IMG/VR virus record: IMGVR_UViG_3300049893_002454
Span: 61,546-125,545 of that record
Origin: a virus
Reading direction: 5' to 3' (one strand)
Length of the DNA: 64,000 nucleotides
In this document: positions 1 through 9,904 of the stretch, in pieces
Layout: each line of letters starts with the position of its first letter
Position numbering within the stretch: position 1 is the first letter of the stretch
Notes under the pieces: model-generated
Told to the model about the DNA's origin: nothing
What the model saw: the letters and a program-made list of their open reading frames with translations, nothing else
Database searches by the model: none
Position numbers and translations under genes: made by a program

Positions 1-14
1 TTGGCGAGGTATAG

Positions 15-1049
15 ATGGCGAACAACGATGCTACTGAGCAAAATCGTCTTAGAGGCGAATTATATAATAGATATAATCGAGGTATCAATAATATAAAGCA
101 AGATATCTCTGACGGGTATCATGATCATAGATTCATATCTAGATTTATAGGCAAGTACCACACATATAGCGATAGAGGACTCTGTTTCTCAGAGGGTTTG
201 GGCCGTATGACATGGGGTCATGTGATCGGCTTCTTTGCAAATAAAACTCAATATGCTTGGTCTAGAGAGATGGAGGGGAGCAGAAGCAAGTACGAATCTA
301 GGGTTGGCAATATTTTAGCAAATAATATTAAAGCCTTGAAAAGCGCTGATATAACTGATATATTTGAGTTATTCTTGTATCTATATGCTCATAACGATAC
401 TAATCTTTTGTCATTTGCGCAAACACATATAGCTTTGAGTAGAAATTTAGAGGAGTGTTACGGCGTCAGTCATAATATAGTGGCGCCTGACGGAACCAGC
501 ATTATACCAGAGGAGGGTTATTCTGCTGATGAGATAGCAACTATATGCAAGGCGCTTCGTTCTGACGCTAGAGGGCGTTATAAAAATATTTATAGCGCCA
601 CTGTATTATCGCCAACAGACGGGACGGGGACTTTTCCAATTCCCGCAGTTGGTTATTCTATAGTTCCACTCATTGGTGTTGATGGATCTGCGATATTCTT
701 ACCCTGGAAAAAAGATAGATGTATACTATTAGAGTGTCATAAGGATAGCCTGCCCGAAGATCACAAGCCGCATATATACCGAAGGCCTATAGATCCAAAA
801 GACCTGTTTCCATATATATTATCTGATGAATGTAATATCTACAATCCAGATGATTACGATTTTGTGCGCACCACATTGTATTATCGTACTGAAGAAAATT
901 GCATAATGTGTTGGTTCTCCAGTAAAGCATTATTAGACATTAGTAAGCAGTGTTTTACCCGACGTATAATCAATTGGTGGAAGTACCAGAAATTTAAATT
1001 CCGAGCAAGAATTAATAGATGTAGGCTTGCACGCATAGGTCTTGAGTGA
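15..1049 (+). CDS. hypothetical protein (344 aa)
   Basis: Long ORF with GAGGT upstream of the ATG; no recognisable motif. Confidence 0.7.
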   Translation: MANNDATEQNRLRGELYNRYNRGINNIKQDISDGYHDHRFISRFIGKYHTYSDRGLCFSEGLGRMTWGHVIGFFANKTQYAWSREMEGSRSKYESRVGNILANNIKALKSADITDIFELFLYLYAHNDTNLLSFAQTHIALSRNLEECYGVSHNIVAPDGTSIIPEEGYSADEIATICKALRSDARGRYKNIYSATVLSPTDGTGTFPIPAVGYSIVPLIGVDGSAIFLPWKKDRCILLECHKDSLPEDHKPHIYRRPIDPKDLFPYILSDECNIYNPDDYDFVRTTLYYRTEENCIMCWFSSKALLDISKQCFTRRIINWWKYQKFKFRARINRCRLARIGLE

Positions 1050-1232
1050 ACTTTACTACAATAGCTACGGAGCGTACCAATAAGATTACAGCGCTACACC
1101 TTAATATACTACATGGCAAGCTGAGCTATCTAATCCCACTATCTCCATATACTGTATATAAATAATATACGGATTTTTCTATATCCGGAAGCAATAGCCA
1201 TTGCCCTGGTAGTAGAATATATGGAGATTTGT

Positions 1233-1661
1233 ATGGCATCTAAAAGTGACCCGATACAGTTTAAATATCGCGAAATGAGCCTCGAGCCATCGCTATTGGG
1301 CAATTTCTGCGAATCTGATGGGCTTTACAGTACTGACTATCAAAAAACCGATGAATTATTAGATCTTGTGGATGAGTTGAATGAACGGATCCGCGAGATT
1401 ATAACCGTTCGTCTAACTGACCGGCAGCGGGAAGTAATGGAGCTGCTATATTATCATGGACTCACACAGACCGAAGTCGCACTTAGACTTGGGTTGTGTC
1501 AGCCTACCATACACAAGACCACATCTGGCAACCTTGACTATAAAAATGGTGGTAAGAGATATGGCGGGGCACTGAAGAAGATTAAAAAAATCTGTGATGA
1601 GGATGAACGTATTAGCTTTATTATGAAACGTATAACCGAAATTAAGACAGGAAGTATATGA
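1233..1661 (+). CDS. sigma70 region-4-like HTH protein (putative transcription regulator)
   Basis: LTDRQREVMELLYYHGLTQTEVALRLGLCQPTIHK matches the sigma70 r4 HTH pattern; no region 2 visible; GGAG precedes ATG 1233 (ORF track starts at 1221). Confidence 0.75.
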   Translation: MASKSDPIQFKYREMSLEPSLLGNFCESDGLYSTDYQKTDELLDLVDELNERIREIITVRLTDRQREVMELLYYHGLTQTEVALRLGLCQPTIHKTTSGNLDYKNGGKRYGGALKKIKKICDEDERISFIMKRITEIKTGSI

Positions 1662-1801
1662 AGAAGACTGGGATTACTGTTAAGGTATATGAGCGCACCA
1701 AGCAAGTTGCAGAGGATGGTTTTAGTCAGGCTAGAGTAGTATTGTGTTGTCAGGGTAAGGCTCATACCCATGGCGGTTTAGGATGGAAGTATTTGACCTA
1801 A
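1658..1801 (+). CDS. 47-aa stand-alone NUMOD1-like DNA-binding microprotein (not in ORF track)
   Basis: Hand translation MKKTGITVKVYERTKQVAEDGFSQARVVLCCQGKAHTHGGLGWKYLT; ATGA overlap with the upstream stop; resembles repeats in 37943..38995. Confidence 0.6.
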   Translation: MKKTGITVKVYERTKQVAEDGFSQARVVLCCQGKAHTHGGLGWKYLT

Positions 1802-1811
1802 GGAGTATTGT

Positions 1812-2402
1812 ATGAAATATACAGAAGAAAGCATTAGTTTAGAACTAGAGAAACTAAATAAAGAAATGCATTCACTTAATAGTGAAATTGAAAAAATGCG
1901 ATACACAAGTCTACCATCCGAGGTTGAGCCTGGTACTTGGTATAAAATAAAGTTACCAGAAGGGGAGTTTCTACGAAGAGCTGGGGAACATTTGCAACAA
2001 TATGCTGAGCTAAAGCGCGACAGGAGAGCCCTAGAGTATATGCTCAGAGAGTTGCGTGATGAGGAGAAGAGGCGTAAAAATATAGTCCCCAAGGAAAAGA
2101 ATTCAGATGACTATAGCTTTAATCTAGATTTCGAATCACTCGCATCCCGCAGAGCTGCCCGTTTGTTAAAAATTGCCGCTTGTGCGTGTGATGAAATGGG
2201 CGCTGAAGATCACGAAGATGAAGATTATATGTCTCATCAGAACGCGACCGCTATACTAGAGCAAGCGATTTTTATTGCAAAAACAATATCTGAACATACC
2301 GGAGAGGGCCATAAGTTGGATGACTGGTTGGAAGATAAGATTTCCAAGGTGGCCGACGACATGGATGAAATTTTTAAGTACTTAAAGCATGGTAAAGATT
2401 AA
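1812..2402 (+). CDS. hypothetical protein
   Basis: AGGAG RBS; helical, acidic C-terminus (LDDWLEDKISKVADDM). Confidence 0.75.
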   Translation: MKYTEESISLELEKLNKEMHSLNSEIEKMRYTSLPSEVEPGTWYKIKLPEGEFLRRAGEHLQQYAELKRDRRALEYMLRELRDEEKRRKNIVPKEKNSDDYSFNLDFESLASRRAARLLKIAACACDEMGAEDHEDEDYMSHQNATAILEQAIFIAKTISEHTGEGHKLDDWLEDKISKVADDMDEIFKYLKHGKD

Positions 2403-2477
2403 TTGTACGAACTGATAATATTAAGTATCTATCAATAACCAACTAGATACTTTGATCTTATTCTATTTGGAGGACGG

Positions 2478-2978
2478 ATGTCTACTGATTTTGATTGGGC
2501 TCATCTCATCAATGTTATTGAGCCGAAGCGTGACACTCAGTGCCTTGCTTGGGAAGACGTGCGAAGTAATTTCCGCAAGATAGCCTGGGACGTATACAAG
2601 CCTCTAGATGGCTCGGAACAATTATGGGAACTGCGCGATGGCGACGATGGTAGAAAGTATTTGTACGCCATGTATCAAAGTGCGCCAGAAAAGCCCGCCG
2701 AGAGCAATATAATTGAAGAGATCAGAACAACGGCCTCCGCTGACTGGACCGCTACTTGTGATCGAGATCGTAAAAATATAACCCTAAGTTTTAAAGGGTT
2801 TCCGCTCAAGCGCTTTGCATCTACAGAGTTTAAGTTTGAACCAGATGAAGCTGAGCAATTTGCTGCTTTTTTACAAGCGAAGACCGCACAACCAGAATTT
2901 GTGCGACAAGTGCTAAAGGGACTACCGTTACATATGGCAGAGGTTGTCTCTGAGCTAAAGACACATAGCGAGGAATAA
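2478..2978 (+). CDS. hypothetical protein, putative head-associated
   Basis: GGAGG RBS; K/R-x-A sites (RKIA, RTTAS, KTAQ). Confidence 0.75.
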   Translation: MSTDFDWAHLINVIEPKRDTQCLAWEDVRSNFRKIAWDVYKPLDGSEQLWELRDGDDGRKYLYAMYQSAPEKPAESNIIEEIRTTASADWTATCDRDRKNITLSFKGFPLKRFASTEFKFEPDEAEQFAAFLQAKTAQPEFVRQVLKGLPLHMAEVVSELKTHSEE

Positions 2979-2979
2979 T

Positions 2980-4524
2980 ATGTCTCAAAAAGTAGATTTG
3001 GCACAGTTGCTCAGTCTGACAAATCAGGTTCTGACTGGGAAGGAATATTTTGTTTCGACCGTATTAGGGCGTCTAGATGATGCGGCAACTGTTATGCCAC
3101 ATGATGCAGCCATTCGCACGGCCCAGTTAGCACTTAAGCGCAGGCTGGAGAAAGAAGGCAGCCTAAGCACAATTACTCAAAAACAATTTCAATCATTATA
3201 TGATGATGTGTGTGCTCTAGGCAATCGCACTGCCTTTCGAGAATTATTAGGAGACTTGCTGGTCACTGCAGCTCCTGAGCCCACCGCTCACTATAACCCA
3301 GATTTCACCGCCTCTCACAGAGATTCCGATGATGTCCTCAAACTCGCTGATGATAATTTGGTCGGAGAATTCTCTGTATTGTGGGGCAATACTAAGGTGG
3401 CCGGTGACCGAGTAGTCCAAAATGGTGCTGATAGTTTAAAGATACACTTCGCTTCTTTGGGTTTCAGTAATCCCACCGCAGAAGTAGTCGATCGTGCTGA
3501 CGGATTTCTTATGTTCTCCGTTCAGGCCGACAGTCCAATAGGCAGATTTACTACTTATGTTCCAGTGGAAGTAAATAGCGGTTCGGCGCTTATGCCTAGC
3601 GTATTTGCTTCTAGTAGCGGATTTTCTGAATTAACTAAGGATAATCTTCTTACTTATGCTCGTGACTTACATTCCGGCTCTACTCGACTAGCTTCTCCCC
3701 AAAAGTTATTAGCTGGGTTGGTAGCTGTCGCTGCCGAATCGAGGCCAGTGTTAGCAGTTAAGACCGCAAGCGGAGATGATATTGCCTTAGCCAGCCCAAC
3801 ACTCTATCAGACGGTCTCTGATCATGTAGTAGCTGAAGAGGAAGAGCGCTATACAGAATTCCCAGATCAATTAACTGGTATGGTAACCCCAGAGTTGCGT
3901 GATGCCATTATAGAAGCAGGTCTTACATACAGCAAGGATATTGTTATTACGGCCAAGACAATTGTTTCAGACAGTATCCGTAGTGCTGGTCTGATTATAG
4001 ATCGCTTAGCTATTGACTCTGAGTTTGATGGCGGGCTGGTCGTAGCAGCTTCAATTACCGGCCCTGGTGGCAAGAAAACCATTCAGGTTCCAATTGAAGT
4101 AGTCGGCAGTCAAGTGCTTATGCCTAGCGTATTTACTTCAGGTATAGCAGTTGAGGCCTTTGATGTTTCTTCATTAAAGAAATTTGCAGCTGCAACTGAT
4201 GTAGGCGTATTCAATGCTGCGTTTTCTACAAAGTCCGGATGGTCGTATAAAGACCTATACTCCCATGTTATCAAAAGTGCTGCATATGGAAACTTCGTTG
4301 AGGCAGAAGATGCTATGTCCGTTATAGCTGAGCAATATGGCCCAGATTTTCATAGAGCAGTTTTCACAGATTTATCAGACATACTGAGCAATGCTGCCAG
4401 CTCTGGCGAGAGCACTGCAACTCCGATTGAGCAGATGATCGCCGAAGCCGGTGAGCGTGCGCGTAATATCGAAGATCGCATAAAGATGAGCAGCACGCTT
4501 ATGTATCTTATTCCAGAAGATTGA
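2980..4524 (+). CDS. hypothetical protein with internal domain duplication, putative head-associated
   Basis: GAGGA RBS; duplicated VP(V/I)EV....LMPSVF module. Confidence 0.75.
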   Translation: MSQKVDLAQLLSLTNQVLTGKEYFVSTVLGRLDDAATVMPHDAAIRTAQLALKRRLEKEGSLSTITQKQFQSLYDDVCALGNRTAFRELLGDLLVTAAPEPTAHYNPDFTASHRDSDDVLKLADDNLVGEFSVLWGNTKVAGDRVVQNGADSLKIHFASLGFSNPTAEVVDRADGFLMFSVQADSPIGRFTTYVPVEVNSGSALMPSVFASSSGFSELTKDNLLTYARDLHSGSTRLASPQKLLAGLVAVAAESRPVLAVKTASGDDIALASPTLYQTVSDHVVAEEEERYTEFPDQLTGMVTPELRDAIIEAGLTYSKDIVITAKTIVSDSIRSAGLIIDRLAIDSEFDGGLVVAASITGPGGKKTIQVPIEVVGSQVLMPSVFTSGIAVEAFDVSSLKKFAAATDVGVFNAAFSTKSGWSYKDLYSHVIKSAAYGNFVEAEDAMSVIAEQYGPDFHRAVFTDLSDILSNAASSGESTATPIEQMIAEAGERARNIEDRIKMSSTLMYLIPED

Positions 4525-4532
4525 GGTGGTTA

Positions 4533-5807
4533 ATGCTTGATTTTTTATCTAAGACTGCGGGTATTTTAAATGAAATTGACAGCCCTGCAGCAAAGCAGGC
4601 TGCTGCTGCTCTTGAAAGTGTGCTTATGGCACACGCAGCTCGCCGTACTACGGTAATGACTCATGAAGAAGTAGTTGAGTTTAACACTAAATTAAAGCAG
4701 TTCTTGGATGATACGCTTGGTAGCGGCAAGATTCCGCGTGGGTTAAAATGGCGATTACTGCAGTTGCAGGACGGTCAGACCCAGTTAACCAAACAATTGG
4801 CTAATATGGAGAAGCGTAGGGGCAAGGGTCCACAGCCACTTATGCCAGCAGAGCCTCCTGGTAAACACACTTCAGTTGAGATGCCTGGCGAGATAATGCT
4901 GCAAGATGAAGTCGCGCCTACAGAGGCCCCAGTTGAAGCAGAGCAATCTTGGGCTGATATTGCCGAAGAAGGCCTGCGTGAAATGCAACAACGAGCTCCG
5001 ACAGTTGCTCCCGCAGCAGTGCCGGAATTAGCACGTAAGCCATTAGAAGTTATGGAGAAGTCTCCACCTGTAGCCACTGAATCTCCTATGGTGACCGAAG
5101 ATGCACAGAAAGATGTCCCTGCTCCAGCGTCATTTAAAATGCACAAGCAGCCGGCAGTTAAGGTTTTATCACCAGAGCAGATTAAGGATCTTGCTACCAA
5201 TCCACCATCGGCTCCTAGCAAATATGCTCCTAAGGGCACCAAGGCTGAGCCGCCCAAAGCTTCAGGCACTCATGCAGAGACATGGGATGATAAACTCAAG
5301 CGCTGGGTTGGCCTTAGCAATCGAGCCGAGTTATTAACTGATATGGTTAAAATAGCTGATAAATTAGATGCTGCTGGTTATGTCGAAGCAGCTAATATTG
5401 TAGAAAAAATTATTGTAGAGGCCGCTGAACAATATCCGTCCCCTAGCGAAGCACGTAAAGATCTCTATGATTTCAGTGCGCACAATAAAGAAACTATGCA
5501 CGGGGCTGTGAAATCAGAAGTGGAAGAGAACCGCAAGAATCATCATCTGCACACTCATCAGGGCACAGCTGTGTCACAAACACGGTATTCTCCTGATATG
5601 CCCGGCGTTATGATGCAGCGAGTCTCAGATGGAGTTTATAGAGATACTGTGACCGGTAAGGTCTATGATTTTCATCATGGATTTACTGATGCTAGTGGGA
5701 CCAGCCGTTCAGGTGGCAGTATTAAACATCAGACTCCAAGCTTTTCTCAATATGCTCCGCCATCACGTGTTTTCGAGGGTGCTGGAACATTATCCAGAAG
5801 AAAGTAA
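4533..5807 (+). CDS. putative internal head protein, Pro/Ala/Glu-rich linker
   Basis: GAGGTGG RBS before ATG 4533; contains KIADKLDAAGYVEAANIVE hairpin motif. Confidence 0.7.
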   Translation: MLDFLSKTAGILNEIDSPAAKQAAAALESVLMAHAARRTTVMTHEEVVEFNTKLKQFLDDTLGSGKIPRGLKWRLLQLQDGQTQLTKQLANMEKRRGKGPQPLMPAEPPGKHTSVEMPGEIMLQDEVAPTEAPVEAEQSWADIAEEGLREMQQRAPTVAPAAVPELARKPLEVMEKSPPVATESPMVTEDAQKDVPAPASFKMHKQPAVKVLSPEQIKDLATNPPSAPSKYAPKGTKAEPPKASGTHAETWDDKLKRWVGLSNRAELLTDMVKIADKLDAAGYVEAANIVEKIIVEAAEQYPSPSEARKDLYDFSAHNKETMHGAVKSEVEENRKNHHLHTHQGTAVSQTRYSPDMPGVMMQRVSDGVYRDTVTGKVYDFHHGFTDASGTSRSGGSIKHQTPSFSQYAPPSRVFEGAGTLSRRK

Positions 5808-5824
5808 TGCATCTGCGCATCTGT

Positions 5825-5869
5825 GAGGGGCGAGCTGTACATATAGGCAGCAGCCCCTCTATTTTTTTT
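5825..5869 (+). terminator. probable rho-independent terminator
   Basis: GAGGGGC..GCTG / CAGC.GCCCCTC bulged stem followed by a run of T. Confidence 0.6.
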
Positions 5870-5889
5870 GGAGATATTTGGAGTAGAAA

Positions 5890-6597
5890 ATGGCACCACA
5901 AAATAAAGTATTGCAGCACCCTCTTAAGGAAGAAATAATTTCTCAGTTAGTTAATGGAACTCCTGTTCGCGATGTCGCTGACTTTCTACGCCTCAAGTAT
6001 CCTGAAGAAGAGAATTCTCACCTACGGGTAAGTTTCTCTACTATTCAGAATTTTAAGAAAACCTACCTTGATATAGATGGCCAGATTGCTCGAGATGTAC
6101 GAGCTGCGGCTACAGAAGCGATTTCAGCTCGTAGAGTGGACGAGGGTCGGGAAAGTGTTGCATCTACATCTGCCTATCAAAGAAAAATAAATGAAATAGT
6201 TGATGGCAAACTAGACGTACAGAAAGAGATTTTAAAAGCATTCTCTCTCCTAGAATCACGCATTGAGCACTTTTATAACTTATTATCAAACTATGAATTT
6301 CCCAACTCCCGTGAAGAACGTGTATTTCAGGGATATATAGATCAATTAATTAAGCTGCTGGAAAGCTACAAGAAATATGTTGAAGGTTATTCTGAGTCAG
6401 TAGATCATAATGTCAATATCAATATTATGAATGATCAGATTGAATTAGTCCGTGATGCTGTGAGGCAATCGCTGGAAGATGTCTCTCCAGATCTAGCTAT
6501 ACGCTTTATGGATAACTTAAATAGGAATATGAAAACATTAGAGTATAGTGCTTCAGGACATGTAGTAGGAGAGGCGGTGATTAGTGGCCGACATTGA
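5890..6597 (+). CDS. HTH plus coiled-coil protein, candidate terminase small subunit
   Basis: N-terminal HPLKEEIISQLVNGTPVRDVADFL HTH-like segment followed by helical region; TerS assignment is inference only. Confidence 0.4.
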   Translation: MAPQNKVLQHPLKEEIISQLVNGTPVRDVADFLRLKYPEEENSHLRVSFSTIQNFKKTYLDIDGQIARDVRAAATEAISARRVDEGRESVASTSAYQRKINEIVDGKLDVQKEILKAFSLLESRIEHFYNLLSNYEFPNSREERVFQGYIDQLIKLLESYKKYVEGYSESVDHNVNINIMNDQIELVRDAVRQSLEDVSPDLAIRFMDNLNRNMKTLEYSASGHVVGEAVISGRH

Positions 6598-8146
6598 TTA
6601 TGATAACGAAATCGAATTAGCCCTGACCTATGGTCTAATTAATGACTATGCTGCAGAAAAATTAGCTAATATAGCTAAGCAAGGTATGACTGAGTCTTTG
6701 TGGCAAAGTACGCTAGAGAATTATAGAGAGGCCACAAGTGCGGGGGTAGGTAGCGACAAAGATTTCACTATATTTTTCTATATCGATCTATTTGCTGATG
6801 ACCTACTTAAGAAATTCTTCGGTGTATCATTATCGCAATTAGAAAAGGACGACTTTAAGCGATATTTATTTGAACACAGAGATGAATTAAATCTGACGAG
6901 CATAGAATCATTCAAGAATGCTGTTAATGAGTGGATTGGCAAGAATGAATCAGTACACAAGCTAGCCCACCGTAATACAGAATCACGAATCCCTTTAGCA
7001 CCATCATATGACCTAAATAAATGGGCTACTTTATTTGTGCAAATACAAAATTCAATACGTACTGGACTAGATCAAAGCATTGCTCTAGATCGAGTATCGT
7101 CAGTATTATCAGTTCCAGAAAAATATAAATTCTTAATATGGGCAAACTATCATTTGAAAAATGATAATAACAAATACGATGTCAATGGTCAGATTCGCGC
7201 TAAAGAGCAGCAACTGCGTAGAGAGGTACCTATGAAGAATAAAATAGCATCGGATGGACAATATTATTATATTCCGAAATTACTAGGCAGACAAGAACCT
7301 CAGCACGAGTCTCTACCAGCATTACCAGCATTCGATTATGAACACGAAGAGCAATATGCCATAGATTTTGAAACCGCTCGTAATAAGCTTATGAGCAGAG
7401 TATTTGCTATAGATAAATTGCTTGAAAAGTATAGAAGGGTAATCAAGCAAGAGCAAATGGATGCTGTTGAAGATGCCTTGTCTGAATTACGTAGGCGCAT
7501 CAGAAAGCTGCGTCTAGCTAGTTCAGTGAAGGATTCGATTATTAAAACAGCTAATATACTTGAGAAATTGCAGTTTGGCGATGGTGCGGCCGAGCTATTT
7601 GCGATAGCTGCTGATGAGCCAGTACTTCCCAATATCGGCAATACCAAAATGGTTGATCGTGAATTTAAAACTGTCCCTGCGGAACAGCGTGAGGTTGCAC
7701 TGGATGATGCCATCAAACGCCTTACTGATATAAGTGCTATCCTAAAGAATCGCGATCTAGTTCGCTCATTGGCCGAAATAGATCTGATGCTACATAAATT
7801 GCGTATGGCTAGCTTTTTTCCAGAAATACAAGAAGCACAATCTAAGCTAATCGACGCATTCGGCTATGCTAGCAATAAAGTGGAGGACCTGTTGCCCAAG
7901 CTTCGCGGCGGACTGCATACCCAACCAGAGGTAATTTCAGAGCAGATACCCGAAGCACCACCAGCTTTACCTGCAAGCAAGCAGTTGGGAGATGAAGTAC
8001 GTGAGATGTCTGCTGGTTTAGGCAGTCAACGAGCTCAGAAGCCCGAACCAAAAAAGCAACCTGAACCAGAACCGGTCAAAGAACAAGACGACGAGGGGTT
8101 TGAAGATGAGCCTATCAATTTAAAGTCAATCCCGGCATTAGAGTGA
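6584..8146 (+). CDS. hypothetical protein, putative head-associated
   Basis: GGAGAGG RBS, GTG start; multiple K/R-x-A sites. Confidence 0.7.
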   Translation: MADIDYDNEIELALTYGLINDYAAEKLANIAKQGMTESLWQSTLENYREATSAGVGSDKDFTIFFYIDLFADDLLKKFFGVSLSQLEKDDFKRYLFEHRDELNLTSIESFKNAVNEWIGKNESVHKLAHRNTESRIPLAPSYDLNKWATLFVQIQNSIRTGLDQSIALDRVSSVLSVPEKYKFLIWANYHLKNDNNKYDVNGQIRAKEQQLRREVPMKNKIASDGQYYYIPKLLGRQEPQHESLPALPAFDYEHEEQYAIDFETARNKLMSRVFAIDKLLEKYRRVIKQEQMDAVEDALSELRRRIRKLRLASSVKDSIIKTANILEKLQFGDGAAELFAIAADEPVLPNIGNTKMVDREFKTVPAEQREVALDDAIKRLTDISAILKNRDLVRSLAEIDLMLHKLRMASFFPEIQEAQSKLIDAFGYASNKVEDLLPKLRGGLHTQPEVISEQIPEAPPALPASKQLGDEVREMSAGLGSQRAQKPEPKKQPEPEPVKEQDDEGFEDEPINLKSIPALE

Positions 8147-8153
8147 GCACTTA

Positions 8154-8906
8154 ATGGATCTCAAAGAATTATTAAATTTAATCTCCGAAGTGGCAGACAC
8201 TCATGGAATCAGAGCTCCTCACATCGTTGGAGGTATTCCCCGAGATATCTATATGGGCTTACTCGAGGACTTAAATGACATCGATCTGACTAATGGAGAT
8301 AGCAGCATTTCTCGTTTGGCCGATCTGATAGGGGAGCGATTAGGAGTATCGCCTGCAACTCTTGCAGATGGACATAAAAAGATTAGATATGGTAGATTCT
8401 CTATAGATTTTTCTACAAATCAGATATACGATAATATTGACCAGTTGCTTATTGCTAGAGGTATGACTGTCGCAAACGATATGGTACGAGAAACCTTCTC
8501 GCGTGATTTTACAATAAATACCCTAATGGTGCCTTTAGATTTCTCTAAGATAGTCGACCTTACATCTATGGGAAAGTATGATATAGATCATAAAGTAATT
8601 AGGTGTCCTGTTGATCCACTTACTGCCATGACCTCGTCACCAAATCGTATAATTAGAGCATTTTATTATGCCGCTAGATATCGTATGTCAATAGATGACG
8701 ACCTTAAGAAAGTTATAAAAACAAACCTTCATCTATTAGAGCAGGTAAAGGAGAAATACTCCTCTGATAAGTTGGCGGCTGCTATAAAGCATGATGCTAA
8801 TATACTCAATGATCTTATTGAGTTGGGCGTGCTACAGAAGATTAAATTAACCAAGGAGATGACTGAGCAGCTTATTCAAAAGCGCCGTTTGGTCGATATA
8901 TTATGA
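8154..8906 (+). CDS. class II tRNA nucleotidyltransferase / poly(A) polymerase family protein (divergent)
   Basis: VGGIPRD, DIDLT, RDFTIN and R..RA...AAR motifs in the canonical order. Confidence 0.85.
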   Translation: MDLKELLNLISEVADTHGIRAPHIVGGIPRDIYMGLLEDLNDIDLTNGDSSISRLADLIGERLGVSPATLADGHKKIRYGRFSIDFSTNQIYDNIDQLLIARGMTVANDMVRETFSRDFTINTLMVPLDFSKIVDLTSMGKYDIDHKVIRCPVDPLTAMTSSPNRIIRAFYYAARYRMSIDDDLKKVIKTNLHLLEQVKEKYSSDKLAAAIKHDANILNDLIELGVLQKIKLTKEMTEQLIQKRRLVDIL

Positions 8907-9379
8907 GTATAATTATAGCATCTCTGGTGCACTTATCTACATTGATACGAAACATGGGACAGGCCTTAGAAATGCCAGAAATTTATTCTATGGGCAATGA
9001 GATACTCGATCTTAGCACATTTCCAGAAAAAACCATACTAGAACATATGGCTAATAACACTGTACGATACAAGATGGCATCCAAAGTCCCTCAACCACTT
9101 AGATCTAACTATGATTATGGAGAGCTTTGGCCAAAAGTGTTAGATGATTATCGTAGTGGCAAAATTCATACTATAGTAGACTATATACGAAAAAAGAAGA
9201 AAGCAGGAAATCGCAAAAAGAAGAAAGCAACTTACATGCCTCTACTAGACTCCTGTGGTGGTTCACAGGCTGATCCCGCCTATTGGATAGAATTACTACA
9301 TAGTAAGCCATCACCTACAATAGTTGATTTCATAAGTTATGTGAAGGGAAGTGTGCGTGATAGCGGAGATGATGTATGA
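8903..9379 (+). CDS. hypothetical protein
   Basis: ATGA overlaps at both ends; basic KKKKA tracts; duplicated TIVD(Y/F)I. Confidence 0.65.
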   Translation: MSIIIASLVHLSTLIRNMGQALEMPEIYSMGNEILDLSTFPEKTILEHMANNTVRYKMASKVPQPLRSNYDYGELWPKVLDDYRSGKIHTIVDYIRKKKKAGNRKKKKATYMPLLDSCGGSQADPAYWIELLHSKPSPTIVDFISYVKGSVRDSGDDV

Positions 9380-9903
9380 CATTTCGTAAAATAGCAATTA
9401 TTCGCCAGGATAATCATCTATCGTGTCCGTTCGGATTGCCTATAAGTGAGGCCTGTAAGTATGCCGGCGAAAGCATCCAATATATGACTCCTCTTGATGA
9501 GGTTGAGAAAGATGATCGTGAAAGATTTGCTAATGCTAATAAAAAGGTATACGTTCATCGTAATACTGGCGAACGCTGTCCGTACGCTGACAAGATCGCT
9601 GAGGGAGCGCCTGTTGTGCATTGTGATTTCGAAGAAGGTGGAGAAGGTTTAAGTGACTCGCCAATGCGTCCGAGTCCATACTATCCACGCGTCTTTAATG
9701 GATTGGCGAATAATGCTGGTGGCGGGATAGCCGGACTAGTAGCACATCCAATACACTCATACTGGGATAATATGGAGGCTCAGCAACTGTTTGCTAGTAT
9801 GCTAACTATGTTTGCTCGTGAGTCTATGGACGATGTAAAAATAACTAAGGTAGCAGCTGACTTATTTGAAGAGCTTTTAGAAAAAGGGCGCGGAGGACAA
9901 TAG
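9376..9903 (+). CDS. Cys-containing hypothetical protein
   Basis: GGAG RBS; CPFGLPI..AC, CPYA and HC motifs, possibly metal-binding. Confidence 0.7.
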   Translation: MTFRKIAIIRQDNHLSCPFGLPISEACKYAGESIQYMTPLDEVEKDDRERFANANKKVYVHRNTGERCPYADKIAEGAPVVHCDFEEGGEGLSDSPMRPSPYYPRVFNGLANNAGGGIAGLVAHPIHSYWDNMEAQQLFASMLTMFARESMDDVKITKVAADLFEELLEKGRGGQ

Positions 9904-9904
9904 T

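Noticed and set aside
1157-1164. T4-type late promoter TATAAATA
   Set aside because: Single occurrence noticed in AT-rich intergenic DNA; not repeated before the structural genes
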